A DNA stretch of 62,915 bases, filler included, from Octopus bimaculoides (taxonomy: Eukaryota), in NCBI RefSeq assembly GCF_001194135.2. It is 8 parts of 7 records of this genome, joined end to end, with 100 filler letters (N's around TTAATTAATTAA, not from the genome) between each part and the next. Parts side by side here need not be neighbours in the genome. Positions count along the whole stretch, not along the records: positions 11,446 to 18,608 come from NC_068993.1; positions 18,709 to 28,304 come from NC_069003.1; 6 more parts are not named here. One strand, given 5' to 3'. This document shows positions 12,526-25,920 of the stretch, piece after piece. Under the pieces are notes generated by a model. The model made no database searches and was not told where the DNA came from. It worked only from the letters and a program-made list of their open reading frames with translations. Within the stretch, counting starts at the first letter, position 1; each line of letters begins with the position of its first letter. The position numbers were made by a program, and so were the translations under genes.

Positions 12526-12907
12526 CAATGGTTCTCAACCGGCGCCCATACAGCCCCTGGGGGGTCCTTATAAATTTTTTTTTTTGGGGGGGGGTCCATG
12601 CAACAAAATAGTAAATTGGATATCCGCAATAGTAGTAGTAGTAGTAGTAGGAGGAGGAGGAGGAGGTGGAGGAGCCGCAGCAGCAGCAGCTGTAGTATTA
12701 AGGGCCCCTGGTAAAAGAATTCTTTTAGTTGTATGTATTTTTACATAGTTAAACCTACACAAAGTTAATGTGTGGAAAACATAACAGGAATTTTGAAAGG
12801 AGTTTCTCGAAAACTAGTTTTAAACATCAAATGGCCGTGGCGGGGTCTACCAGAATAAATTAATATTTTAAAGGGGTCCATAGATAAAAGATGGTTGAGA
12901 ACCCCTG
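12526..12907. mobile_element. hAT-superfamily MITE with 8-bp TSD
   Basis: TIRs caatggttctcaacc / ggttgagaacccctg; TSD ctttagca at 12518-12525 and 12908-12915. Confidence 0.85.
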
Positions 12908-13414
12908 CTTTAGCATTTAAACTGCTCATATCTGGCACAAATATTCTCCCTGTTTTATGTTTAGATCAGACAAATCTGGCCTCTCACATGTACTATACAA
13001 TGTCATTCTAAAAGCACATATTCACATAATCAAAAGATTTTGAAGCTAAGATTTAATCCTTACACTGCAATAAAAAGGGGAAGATAGATAGATAGATGAA
13101 AACAAAGTGTGTTTGTGTATGTCTGCGTGTGCCTACATGGGCGTGTGTATTAATTCAACATATTTGGACTTATTATCAAAAACTAATCTTGAAGCTTCTA
13201 GGATTTTCAGGTCTTACATCATACAACCTCGTCCAAGCGACCTGACCTAAATTGATTAAGCCTGGGTCTGTATCCATGCGGCATTCAACTGACCCTACTA
13301 ATCACCTCTAATGCTTATTCGTGTGCTACTCCGGACTAAAAATTGTCTCAATACATGTTAGTTAACAGTGTACATATTAGGCAGATATAATATGTTCGTG
13401 AATAATATATAATC

Positions 13415-13622
13415 GTTTCTACTCTAGGCAAATGGCCCGAAATTTTGGGGAGGGAGCCAATCAATTAGATCGACTCCAGTACTGGTACTTAATTTATCGA
13501 CCGCGAAAGGATGAAAGGCAAAGTCGATCTCGGTGGAATTTGAACTCAGAACGTAAAGACAAACGAAATACTGCTAAGCATTTTGCCCGGCGTGCTAACG
13601 TTTCTGCCAACTCGCGCCTTAT
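13415..13622 (-). mobile_element. Family-B SINE
   Basis: Near-consensus reverse copy. Confidence 0.85.
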
Positions 13623-15435
13623 GAATAATAACTAATATAAACAGTTATCAACTGGATTTGGCTTCCATCCTATATTCGGATATCATCACTAGCTAAATGA
13701 CATTTTTAACTACCCAGAGAATCACCGTTTATAAAACCACTGTTACAAAGGGTTTGAGTGAATCGAATAGACTGATTTGCACAGTTAACGCATTTTCTGG
13801 TATCTTGTTCGATAAATATATTGCTGTTTCAACACTGCTTCTACAGTATTTAGTTTTAAAGCAATACTGTGATATAGTACATATCAACACACTTTAACGT
13901 ACACTTTATATGAAAAAGAGATCTATATAGCTCGTTCGATATATACAATGAAACAATAACTTTTAATGCTCCCAAAATAAATTTTAATCAAACTATCTTC
14001 CAAGAAAGCATTACAGTAGTAAACCGGCCTCACCGATTTTCTTAAGATCTGTGGGTAAGTATTTCGTGTCGCTGGACAGACAAAAACAGTATTCACTCGA
14101 TGAAATCCCAACAAAGTGTCGAAACGAAACCGGTTTATCTCTTTTTTCTGTGTATGAAGTTATATATAGGGAGGTGTTTACATCTTTTTCATGATACACA
14201 GTATTGGTTAAATCTATAAATGTCCACTATAACATGGAATAGCTTACATGCAGTTTTATATACGTTATTTCGATGAATGTATACATACACACATACGTAC
14301 ATATATATATATATATATANNNNNNNNNNNNNNNNNNNNNNNNNNNNNNNNNNNNNNNNNNNNNNNNNNNNNNNNNNNNNNNNNNNNNNNNNNNNNNNNN
14401 NNNNNNNNNNNNNNNNNNNNNNNNNNNNNNNNNNNNNNNNNNNNNNNNNNNNNNNNNNNNNNNNNNNNNNNNNNNNNNNNNNNNNNNNNNNNNNNNNNNN
14501 NNNNNNNNNNNNNNNNNNNNNNNNNNNNNNNNNNNNNNNNNNNNNNNNNNNNNNNNNNNNNNNNNNNNNNNNNNNNNNNNNNNNNNNNNNNNNNNNNNNN
14601 NNNNNNNNNNNNNNNNNNNNNNNNNNNNNNNNNNNNNNNNNNNNNNNNNNNNNNNNNNNNNNNNNNNNNNNNNNNNNNNNNNNNNNNNNNNNNNNNNNNN
14701 NNNNNNNNNNNNNNNNNNNNNNNNNNNNNNNNNNNNNNNNNNNNNNNNNNNNNNNNNNNNNNNNNNNNNNNNNNNNNNNNNNNNNNNNNNNNNNNNNNNN
14801 NNNNNNNNNNNNNNNNNNNNNNNNNNNNNNNNNNNNNNNNNNNNNNNNNNNNNNNNNNNNNNNNNNNNNNNNNNNNNNNNNNNNNNNNNNGTGTGGCGTC
14901 ATGCACAGTCACTTAGAAAGATAATTCTTTGAAGTATATTATTTTATGAAGTAGCAAAGATTTTTCGAGTTTACGAGACTCACGTTAACCCTATGGAACT
15001 CCAAAGATGTAAGCCTTCAAGTTTAAATACCTCTACCGAAACCCTACTATAGCGTTGACATTATCGAAGCTGTTGGTTCCATATTAACATTACTGATCAC
15101 AACTCTGGCCTCTCAATGCCAATATATATATATATATATATGTATACATACATACATTCACAAAACCAAAAAAGAAAATGAAATTCACATCACCAAGGCA
15201 AATAATGTCGTTAGATGGGAGGTATCGAGGGAATAACTAACTAGAAATAGCAACCAAATATCCTTCAATCATACTTTAAAATTGAGAAGGAAAAGGAAGG
15301 ACAAACTGGATAATGTGGTCGTTACAGAAGTAAAAGACTATTTGCGGTTGGAATACCTTCGTTCAGAGGTTTTTGCCGACTTGAATTTGCTGGAGCAACA
15401 ACAACGACCACTACTACTACTACTTGTAATTATCA

Positions 15436-15905
15436 TTTCAAATTTTTGCCTTAAGGGCAACTTTGGAGAGGTGGTGGATGAGTCGATTACATCAACCCTA
15501 CTGTTGAACTGGCACTTATTTTATCGACCCCCGAAAGGATGACAGGCAAAATCGACCTCGGCGGAATTTGAACTCAGAACCTTGCGACGGGCGAAACACC
15601 GTTAAGCATTTCGTTCAGCGTGCTTAACGATTCTGCCACCTCGCCGCTTTACTACTACTACTACTACTACTAATAATAATAATAATAATCTTTTATACTA
15701 TAGGCGCAAAGGTCTGGAATTTGTGGGGCAGTGGATAGTCGATCACATCGAACCAGTACACAACTGGTATTTATTCTATCGACCCCGAAATGATGAAAAC
15801 CCAAAATCGACCTCGGTGGAATTTGAACTCAGAACATAAGGACAGACGAAATACCGCTAAGAATTTTTCCTGGCGTGCTAACGATTCTGCCAGCTCGCTG
15901 GCTTA
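15436..15905 (-). mobile_element. Two family-B SINE copies separated by (tac)n(taa)n
   Basis: Consensus blocks at about 15436-15650 and 15690-15905. Confidence 0.8.
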
Positions 15906-16039
15906 GATAATAATAACAATAATAACAACAATAATAATAATAATAATATTAATAATAATAATAATAATAAGAATAATAATAATAATAATAATAATAAGAA
16001 GAAGAAGAAGAAGAAGAAGAGGAGGAGGAGGAAGAGGAG

Positions 16040-17010
16040 GAGGAGGAGCTCCATGCTGAATAACAACACGAATGAACGTGACACTCTCCCAAAAATTCGC
16101 AACTCTAACCAAAACCTGAAAGCAATTGGTAAGATCCGCCTTGCACTTAAGGATATAATTTCAACTAATGATGTTGATATTACAGATCTCAACCACCTGT
16201 ACTATGCATCTGCGAACATCTCAACGATTCTACGAGATGAAAAGATTAGAAGACGACAACATTCCCACAAAATGCCTACTCGGTAAGAGTGTATTCAACA
16301 CCAAATTCAGCTACTTACGTCTGACGTAGAATGTTTAAAAAACCTGAAGTTTGACAAGACTATCAAATCAACAAAAATCTGAAAATTAAAGAAAAAAATA
16401 TAATATGAAAGCCATACTTGACATCGATAGCACGGTATGAAGAGCGCGTAAGAGTCTTTAAAGCAACAACATGTTAAAAAATAGACCAAAACTTTTTACA
16501 GGAAGATAGGGGAAATACCAGTTACAGTAAAGTCTGTCCCATCAAAAGAAGAAGTGCAGGAATTTTGGAATAAAATTTGGGCAGCTGAAAAAGCACACAA
16601 TAAAAAGGCCCCTTGGATTGATAGAATATCTACTGGCTTAAACTCCTTAGAAGAGCAAAGTTGGGAAGGTATCAAAGTAGAGGGTGTAAGATCTGCACTC
16701 AAGAAGTCATGCAATTGGAAGTCTCCAGCAAAAGATAAATTCCTAACTTCTGGCTGTATGCCTTCCCAGAGAGTCATGAACTACGAACAAAACTTTGCAA
16801 CGATGTTTAGCAACAACCTAGTATGATTCCCTCTTGGCTAGTTAATGGTGTTACATTCCTACTACCAAAAAATGAAGAAACAAATGAGCCAAAAAAATTA
16901 TAGACTAATATCCTGCTTAACAACAATGTATGAAATACTAACATCTGTTTTGACTGGATATACTTATAGTTTTTTAATAGAAAGTAGTATATTTCCTAAT
17001 AAGCAAACAT
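16040..17010 (+). mobile_element. Decayed R4/Dong-clade non-LTR retrotransposon (region upstream of and into RT)
   Basis: Frameshifted translation EFWNKIW...KAPWI...NWKSPAKD...SWLVNGVTFLLPK...PKNYRLISCLTTMYEILTS, matching R4-clade RT N-terminal motifs; preceded by (taa)n(gaa)n. Confidence 0.8.
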
Positions 17011-17779
17011 ATCTAAACTTGTTTCAAACGCTAAACACAGCGAGGCATGTTGCATAAAGTGTGCTCCAGCAAGTCCAGATAAATGGTTTGAGTCGCCAAG
17101 TTGAATATCACAACAGAAATTCAATACACAATGGAACCGGGTCGCATCCAACAGAATTTGAACGCAGAATCAGAAATAACTAAAGTTCCAACTGAATATT
17201 GTACGTAGCAAGAAATTTTGTCCGATATTTTAATGATGCCACCACTAATAAATAACTCAAAATTTAATTGAAACAGACAAAATAGCCGTGTGTCGTTTTT
17301 ATTCCTGTCTCTCCGTAGCTTGGTTATTTTTTCTCTAATCATAAATGGAAATAAATGGAGTCAAAACATGAATTGAGACGTTCAAATCTCGAAAAAATAA
17401 ATAAATATATAAATAAATAAATTAGTGAGAAAAGTTTTGAAATTTTGTAACTATAAGGAAATTTTATCTAATATAAAAAAAAATGGCGAACAGGAACAAA
17501 CCCCCACCAAAAAATAACGTGATATAAATTCATTCTTGAATGGTCGACTTACACTTGTAAAATAAACGAATAAACGGGTAAAGGAATAATTATATAAATA
17601 TATAAACATAAATATATACAGAGAAAGAAAGAGTGAGAGAAAGAGAAAGAGAAAGAGAGAAATAGAGCGGGTGAAATGTAGCCATTGTAGCTGTACCAGA
17701 TTTATATTACACTAGAAATTCAATCATGACCAATAAATTTCTCGTCTCTCTTTTACCTTCTCTTTACTTTATTTCCCAG

Positions 17780-17882
17780 ACAGTCGACCGATTTGCTTCA
17801 GTGCACACAGTTGGACGGCGGCGCACGAACATTGGAAATCCATCATCATAAACCCACTTGTAATAACAATAACGTTATGTAA
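17780..17882 (+). other. Candidate exon (frame and gene unknown)
   Basis: Long polypyrimidine tract ending tttcccag, followed by a GC/CpG-richer island; all three frames are open for at least 23 codons. Confidence 0.25.
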
Positions 17883-18049
17883 ACTTTATGTTTTTTTTTC
17901 TCTCCCATTTAAACAAATTTTAACAAGGTTTTAAAGGGGTGACGGCAAATATTTGCGTTCTTGCTCTAAAGCTTACAAAAAGTTACAACACGCAACCTTC
18001 AACCTTGTCTGTCACTCTCTCTCCGCCTATGACCAAACAACTTTCTCCT

Positions 18050-18540
18050 CGTCTTGTCTCTCTCTCTCTCTCCCCCTCTTTCTCTCTCTTCCTCTCTCTT
18101 CCTCTCTCAATCCCTCCCTTTTTCTCACTTTATTCTTAGTTCTTTATCTCTCTCTCTTTCACCTCTTCCTTTACCGCCTTTTCATATTTCTTTCAATCTC
18201 TCTTTCTATCCCCCTTCTTTGAATGTCACACTTTCTCCCTTACATTCTCCTTTTCTCCCACTTATTCCTCTCTCTCTCTCTCTCTCTCTCCCTCTCCCTC
18301 TCTCTCCCTTGCCACTCTTTGTCACTCCCATTTTCTTTCTTTCTCACTTTCATTCGCTTCACTTCTCTTTCTTTCTTTGTCTTTCTCACTCGCTTTCTTT
18401 TCTCTTTGACTCGTTCTCTCCCGTCCTCACTCTCTCCCTCTCCCATTCCCCTATCTCCGTCTCCCATTCCCCTATCTCCCTCTCCCTCTCTCTCTCACTT
18501 TTTCTCTCTCTCTTTCTTTCATTCATTCTTTTTCTCTGAA
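18050..18540. repeat. CT-rich low-complexity tract
   Basis: Degenerate (ct)n. Confidence 0.9.
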
Positions 18541-19364
18541 TGCTGGCTGATGGCTGATTCGGTAAAGCGTCTAGTACAATTCAGTTACGTCTCTTTAGCA
18601 TTCTGAGTNNNNNNNNNNNNNNNNNNNNNNNNNNNNNNNNNNNNNNNNNNNNTTAATTAATTAANNNNNNNNNNNNNNNNNNNNNNNNNNNNNNNNNNNN
18701 NNNNNNNNTTCGATTCCCCACAAAATAACGTGAAAAGCGAAGAGACGAGTACGCGAGGAAAAAAAGAGCTACACGCAGCACGACAGAAATTGTAAAAAAA
18801 AAAAAAAAAAAAAACTTTTTTCTTCCTCTCTTCCTTTTTTTCTTTCTCTCTTCGCCGAACATTTACTTTGATATTACCTATCCTTGTGAAACCTATTGAA
18901 ATTTATGTGAACATTTGAACATTTGATCGTTTAAACATGTTTGTACGATTTTTACTTCGTAATTTTAAAGTCTTCTAAAAAAACCCTTGTTTTATAAATA
19001 TTTGTACCATTGGTAAACAAAAAATTGTCGAAACTAATTTGGTATGTATGTGATTACATCTATTTAAAAACAGCTACACGTTTTTCAAATTCAAGTGTAT
19101 TTTCAAACCTCAAAACAAGTTCTTATTTTTTACCTGCGTGGGAATACACTTCTTCTTTCCATATATAGAGACAAATATTTCCATCTAAATGGTTTAAGAT
19201 ACTCACGGAGGACTTTACAGAGACGATGGTCAATGAATCTTCAGTAATACAAAACAGAGAGATTTAGAAAAGAATTTCACAATTTCTTCGTAAACTAATT
19301 ACCATTGAACTTCTTTTTAATTAGTATTGTCATCTTTCTCAACCTGAGTAACTCCACAATTTCT

Positions 19365-19797
19365 CAGGCGTGACTGTGCGATAATAAGTTTGCTTCCTAA
19401 CCACATAGTTCAGGGTTCAATCCCACTTCGTGGCACCTTGGCCAGGTATATGCTACTATAGCCTCAGGCCGACCAAAGCGTTGTGAGTGGATTTGGTAGA
19501 CAGAAACTGTAAGAAGCCCGTCATATATGTGTCTGTGTCTGTGTCTGTGTCTTTGTGTCCGTGTGTCTTTGTGTCTTTGTGTCTGTGTTTGTCCCCCCCC
19601 CCCAATCGCCACTTGACAATCGGTGATGGTGTATTTTCGTCCCCGTAACTTAGTGGTTCACCAAAAGATACTGATAGCATAAGTGCTAGGCTTAAAAAAA
19701 TAAGTCCTGGGGTTGTTTTGTTTGACTAAAACCCTTTAAGGCAGTGCTCCAGCATGGCCGCAGTCAAAAGACTGAAACAAGTAAAAGAATAAAAGAA
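19365..19797 (+). mobile_element. Family-A SINE, full length
   Basis: Head through tail gactgaaacaagtaaaagaa. Confidence 0.85.
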
Positions 19798-20749
19798 TAT
19801 ACACGTGTGTGTGTGTATATGTGTGTGCATGTATATATCTATACATATATAAGNNNNNNNNNNNNNNNNNNNNNNNNNNNNNNNNNNNNNNNNNNNNNNN
19901 NNNNNNNNNNNNNNNNNNNNNNNNNNNNNNNNNNNNNNNNNNNNNNNNNNNNNNNNNNNNNNNNNNNNNNNNNNNNNNNNNNNNNNNNNNNNNNNNNNNN
20001 NNNNNNNNNNNNNNNNNNNNNNNNNNNNNNNNNNNNNNNNNNNNNNNNNNNNNNNNNNNNNNNNNNNNNNNNNNNNNNNNNNNNNNNNNNNNNNNNNNNN
20101 NNNNNNNNNNNNNNNNNNNNNNNNNNNNNNNNNNNNNNNNNNNNNNNNNNNNNNNNNNNNNNNNNNNNNNNNNNNNNNNNNNNNNNNNNNNNNNNNNNNN
20201 NNNNNNNNNNNNNNNNNNNNNNNNNNNNNNNNNNNNNNNNNNNNNNNNNNNNNNNNNNNNNNNNNNNNNNNNNNNNNNNNNNNNNNNNNNNNNNNNNNNN
20301 NNNNNNNNNNNNNNNNNNNNNNNNNNNNNNNNNNNNNNNNNNNNNNNNNNNNNNNNNNNNNNNNNNNNNNNNNNNNNNNNNNNNNNNNNNNNNNNNNNNN
20401 NNNNNNNNNNNNNNNNNNNNNNNNNNNNNNNNNNNNNNNNNNNNNNNNNNNNNNNNNNNNNNNNNNNNNNNNNNNNNNNNNNNNNNNNNNNNNNNNNNNN
20501 NNNNNNNNNNNNNNNNNNNNNNNNNNNNNNNNNNNNNNNNNNNNNNNNNNNNNNNNNNNNNNNNNNNNNNNNNNNNNNNNNNNNNNNNNNNNNNNNNNNN
20601 NNNNNNNNNNNNNNNNNNNNNNNNNNNNNNNNNNNNNNNNNNNNNNNNNNNNNNNNNNNNNNNNNNNNNNNNNNNNNNNNNNNNNNNNNNNNNNNNNNNN
20701 NNNNNNNNNNNNNNNNNNNNNNNNNNNNNNNNNNNNNNNNNNNNNNNNN

Positions 20750-20780
<31 letters not shown>

Positions 20781-21221
20781 ACATATATATGTATACATAT
20801 GTACATGTTTATTATTATATATACATATATAATATACACATACACATGCACACATATATGTAAGCAACGAAGCAAATATGTCAGTGTGCATACATACATA
20901 TATGTATTCATATACATATACATGTATGTATGTATGTATGTATGTATGCATGTGTCTGTCTGTCTATATGTATGTATGTATGTATGTATGAATGTATGTA
21001 TGTATGTATGTGTGTATGTATGTATGTATGAATGTATGTATGTATGTATGTATGTATCGTAGGATGAGGCAGATTTGTATGGAAAACGATGATTTGTTTT
21101 CTTTTTGCTTTTACTGCTTTGCTCCCATGCTGCAAATCTTCTCTTGCGTTTAATTGATTTAATGATTCAATTCTTGCAAACACGCAGCACAACCACAACG
21201 CCCTTGCCTATTTTGTTGTTG

Positions 21222-21590
21222 TTGACACTTCGTCGAGGGTTCCAGTTGATCCGATCAACGGAACAGCCTGCTCGTGAAATTAACGTGCAAGTGGCTGAGC
21301 ACTCCACAGACACGTGTACCCTTAACGTAGTTCTCGGGGACATTCAGCGTGACACAGAGTCACAAGGCTGACCCTTTGAATTACAGGCACAACAGAAACA
21401 GGAAGTAAGAGTGAGAGAAAGTTGTGGTGGAAGAGTACAGCAGGGTTCGCCACCATACCCTGCCGGAGCCTCGTGGAGCTTTAGGTGTTTTCGCTCAATA
21501 AACACACACAACGCTCGGTCTGGGAATCGAAACCGCGATCCTATGACCGCGAGTCCGCTGCCCTAACCACTGGGCCATTGCGCCTCCACG
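21222..21590 (-). mobile_element. Family-D SINE
   Basis: Reverse complement of 6180-6562. Confidence 0.85.
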
Positions 21591-22118
21591 CCTAGTCGGT
21601 ACATAGCCTCAAAACTTGTTCCATTAATTACTGGCTTTTATTTTAGATAATTAACAAATATTATAGAATTTTCAAAAATGAATGAAAAGTAAGTAATCAA
21701 ATATATCGTCCGTCTTAGCGATACATATACGAAGGCGATTCAGAAAGCAATGCATATCATATTTGCATTATTTTGGGACTTATCTTTGTATAAACTAGTG
21801 GTGAGTCGAAGTAATGTAAATAAAAACTGCATTGCTTTCTGACTCACCCTCGTATGTAATAGGCATGGTGAGATGCAAGTATCAATAGATGTACCATTGT
21901 TCCGAGTCTAATGAAAACTAAGTGTCGCGTGTTCTTAACTGAGGATTACTTTACACTCAATGACTCTCTTAATCTAACTGGTACAATAATTATTACCATG
22001 GCGAAGTACAAGTGTCCGCTCTGATAGTTCCATAACAACGGTATGCAACGAGAATTGATATATTAAGTTCAATGAATTCGAAGCTGTAAGTACAAAAATG
22101 AAAGATACTTGACTCTAA

Positions 22119-22559
22119 CGATATTTCGGTGTAGATTATAAAGTGCAGTTCACTGAGAGCAGATCCTTCACTAAAGATCTTAGTTTTTGCTTGTGTAATC
22201 ACACATTAACTGGACTATCTCATGTATCTCTACCGATATTTCGGTACAGATTTTGAAGTGCAGTTCACTCAGCTCTGGATTAACCATTAAGCAAAATGAG
22301 CACGCGCTTAGGGCGTCAAGGGGAGAGAGAAAACTCAGAAATGGTAAATGGTTTACGGCACAACAGAAATCACTTTCAATTTGCTAAAATGATGATCCGA
22401 GTGGTGTATTTAGATTAACTGGCCTGCCGATATTTCGGTATAGATTTTGAAGTGTAGTTCACTGAGATCAGGATTAACAGTAAAACAAAATGAGCATGCG
22501 CATAGGGTATTAAGAGAAGTGGGGAAATACAAAAATGATAAATGGTTTGCAGCACAAAC
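22119..22559. repeat. Diverged tandem triplication (offsets 115 and 194 bp)
   Basis: cgatatttcggt.tag/cag.att..aagtg.agttcact recurs at 22119, 22234 and 22428; copies 2 and 3 align without indels for more than 110 bp. Confidence 0.85.
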
Positions 22560-23249
22560 TGACCAAAGACTTTGCAATTCAGATGGTTTGGCAACTGCCT
22601 TTAGTTAGGCTGGATTTGCCTGTCTTTTTATAGCTGTTAACTATTCTTCTAGAACCTTCAGCCATACTGTTTGGCAGGAAAACTCGCATATTTCTTTCGA
22701 AGATTGCTGCTTCCACCGTAATAAGTCAGACAATGCTGCTTATAAGAGGCATATTCATGTAGGCGCCGCACTGGCACCTTTTATGGGGATACTTTTCCTT
22801 TTATGGAAATATATTAGTTCGTGGTTCTAGATGGGAAAATCTTACCACCGCAAACGTAGCGATTAGAACCTCAAATACAGATTACCACCATAAACATAAG
22901 ATACCACCACACACAATGGTTACCGCCGCAAACAGACGTTACCCCGATAACATCCCTATGTGGTCAATCGAAAAACATTAAAACAAAGAGAAACAAAGCG
23001 TTGACAATACCTGGACATGACTATACTGGATGAAACTGGATCGAACTGAATTCGTGAGGAATTGACTGAACAAAACCGACGACCGAATTTCTGTCTTTTT
23101 CTCTGTCTGTTTGTCTCTTCATCTGTCTCTGAGTATTTAAGTGAGCAACAAGTCTCTCTACTGCAACATTAGGTCTCTTCGCTACATCAGATTATCGTCG
23201 CTGTCACAACCAGCCTGTATTGCTTCAGCAAATCTTTCCACTGCGCCAA

Positions 23250-23325
23250 TGCACCTCCAGACTTCTTCATTGCACCTCCAGATCTCTCCATTGCACCTCC
23301 AGATATCTCCATTGCACCTCCAGGT
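23250..23325. repeat. 21-bp tandem repeat (ttgcacctccagatctctcca) x3-4
   Basis: Directly visible. Confidence 0.85.
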
Positions 23326-24935
23326 CTTCACCGGACTAGCAGATTGCCATCACCAGAACTCTCGACTTTCATTGTACTACCATAAGTTCTCCACAGCACC
23401 ACCAGACTTTCTCCACACCACTAGACCGCCGCTTCATCACCAAGTCTCTCTACTGCACCAACAGGTCGGCTATGCCCACTCCATCGACCAGATCTCGCTG
23501 TTATACCAGCGGAGCTCCACCAGACAACAGTGCCTTCCTGCTGCATCAACACCACATCACCACCAAACAAACACTACACCACTAGTTCTGTACTGTAACA
23601 CCACTCCACCATCAACAAGCCGCACTCAAGCCAGAAATATCAAAACTGCGTCCTTTATATTGAAACTCGAGACATGTACATACACATTGTTCTGCGCACA
23701 CGCACACACACACACACACACTTGTGTGTGTGTGTAAACGTGTGAGCGTGTGCGTGCGTGTATGTGTGCATGCGTGCGTGATGTACAGTTTCCATCTTGT
23801 TCAGACATGTTTAATGTTTGAATGCAATGGTGGTGGTGGTGGTATTGGTGGTGGTGGTAGTGGCGGTGGTTATAGTGGTGGTGGTGGTGGTTATAGTGGT
23901 GGTGGTGGCGGTGGTTATAGTGGTGGTGGTGGTGGTGGTGGTTATAGTGGTTGCTGTAGTTGTGTTAGTGATGGTGATGGAATGACGGTGTGATTNNNNN
24001 NNNNNNNNNNNNNNNNNNNNNNNNNNNNNNNNNNNNNNNNNNNNNNNNNNNNNNNNNNNNNNNNNNNNNNNNNNNNNNNNNNNNNNNNNNNNNNNNNNNN
24101 NNNNNNNNNNNNNNNNNNNNNNNNNNNNNNNNNNNNNNNNNNNNNNNNNNNNNNNNNNNNNNNNNNNNNNNNNNNNNNNNNNNNNNNNNNNNNNNNNNNN
24201 NNNNNNNNNNNNNNNNNNNNNNNNNNNNNNNNNNNNNNNNNNNNNNNNNNNNNNNNNNNNNNNNNNNNNNNNNNNNNNNNNNNNNNNNNNNNNNNNNNNN
24301 NNNNNNNNNNNNNNNNNNNNNNNNNNNNNNNNNNNNNNNNNNNNNNNNNNNNNNNNNNNNNNNNNNNNNNNNNNNNNNNNNNNNNNNNNNNNNNNNNNNN
24401 NNNNNNNNNNNNNNNNNNNNNNNNNNNNNNNNNNNNNNNNNNNNNNNNNNNNNNNNNNNNNNNNNNNNNNNNNNNNNNNNNNNNNNNNNNNNNNNNNNNN
24501 NNNNNNNNNNNNNNNNNNNNNNNNNNNNNNNNNNNNNNNNNNNNNNNNNNNNNNNNNNNNNNNNNNNNNNNNNNNNNNNNNNNNNNNNNNNNNNNNNNNN
24601 NNNNNNNNNNNNNNNNNNNNNNNNNNNNNNNNNNNNNNNNNNNNNNNNNNNNNNNNNNNNNNNNNNNNNNNNNNNNNNNNNNNNNNNNNNNNNNNNNNNN
24701 NNNNNNNNNNNNNNNNNNNNNNNNNNNNNNNNNNNNNNNNNNNNNNNNNNNNNNNNNNNNNNNNNNNNNNNNNNNNNNNNNNNNNNNNNNNNNNNNNNNN
24801 NNNNNNNNNNNNNNNNNNNNNNNNNNNNNNNNNNNNNNNNNNNNNNNNNNNNNNNNNNNNNNNNNNNNNNNNNNNNNNNNNNNNNNNNNNNNNNNNNNNN
24901 NNNNNNNNNNNNNNNNNNNNNNNNNNNNNNNNNNN

Positions 24936-24982
<47 letters not shown>

Positions 24983-25324
24983 CCAGATAGGTAGACAGGC
25001 AGACAGACTGACAGACATACACACAGCCAGCTAGGCAAGCAAACAGATAGATAGATAGATTGATTGTTTGTATGTTGCTATGTGTTACTAAGTCATGTTA
25101 CTGCGCGTATATGTCAGTGTGTACATTCTTCTGTGCGTAGTCGTGTGTGTGTGTGCGCGCGTGTCTGTAAACGTGCCTCATCATAAAGACACAACTACAC
25201 ATACACGTAAATGCATATACACTCACATTAACACAATAACACTCTGTACTTGGCAACACTTAGCAACGCGCGGTAAACAAAGACTACAAGCTTTAAGTTG
25301 TTTGTTTGTTGGCACTCCGTTGCT

Positions 25325-25685
25325 TACGACGTCGAGGGTTCCAGTTGATCCGATCAACGTAACAGCCTGCTCGTGAAATTAACGTGCAAGTGGCTGAGAA
25401 CTCCACAGACACGTGTACCCTTAACGTAGTTCTCGGGGATATTCAGCGTGACACAGTGTGACAAGGTTGACCCTTTGAATTACAGGCACAACAAAAACAG
25501 GAAGTAAGAGTGAAAGTTGTGGTGAAAGAGTACAGCAGGGTTCGCCACCATCTCTTGCCAGAGCCTCGTGGAGCTTTTAGGTATTTTCGCTCAATAAACA
25601 CTCACAACGCCCGGTCTGGGAATCGAAACCGTGATCCTATGACCGCGAGTCCGCTGCCCTAACTACTGGGCCATTGCGCCTCCAC
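25325..25685 (-). mobile_element. Family-D SINE
   Basis: Reverse complement of 6180-6562. Confidence 0.85.
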
Positions 25686-25733
25686 AAGCTTTAAGTATTC
25701 ATTAAATAAACTCACAAATATAGGATAATGGTT

Positions 25734-25920
25734 ACGTTGGACTGCACACCTTATTAGAATGAAGGATAGCAGGATTCCTAAGCAGATGTTATATGGAGAA
25801 CTTGTGAATGGAAGGAGACTCCGGCAGAAACCAAGGCTGCGATTTAAGGACTGTGTCAAGTCTTCGTTAAAGACCTGTGATATGCAACACACTGACTGGG
25901 AGAACAATGCCTGTCAGCTC
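25734..25920 (+). mobile_element. RTE-clade LINE fragment (post-RT region)
   Basis: LRWTAHLIRMKDSRIPKQMLYGELVNGRRLRQKPRLRFKDCVKSSLK matches the RTE pattern RW.GH..RM...R.PK..LYGEL..G.R....PR.R.KD. Confidence 0.85.
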
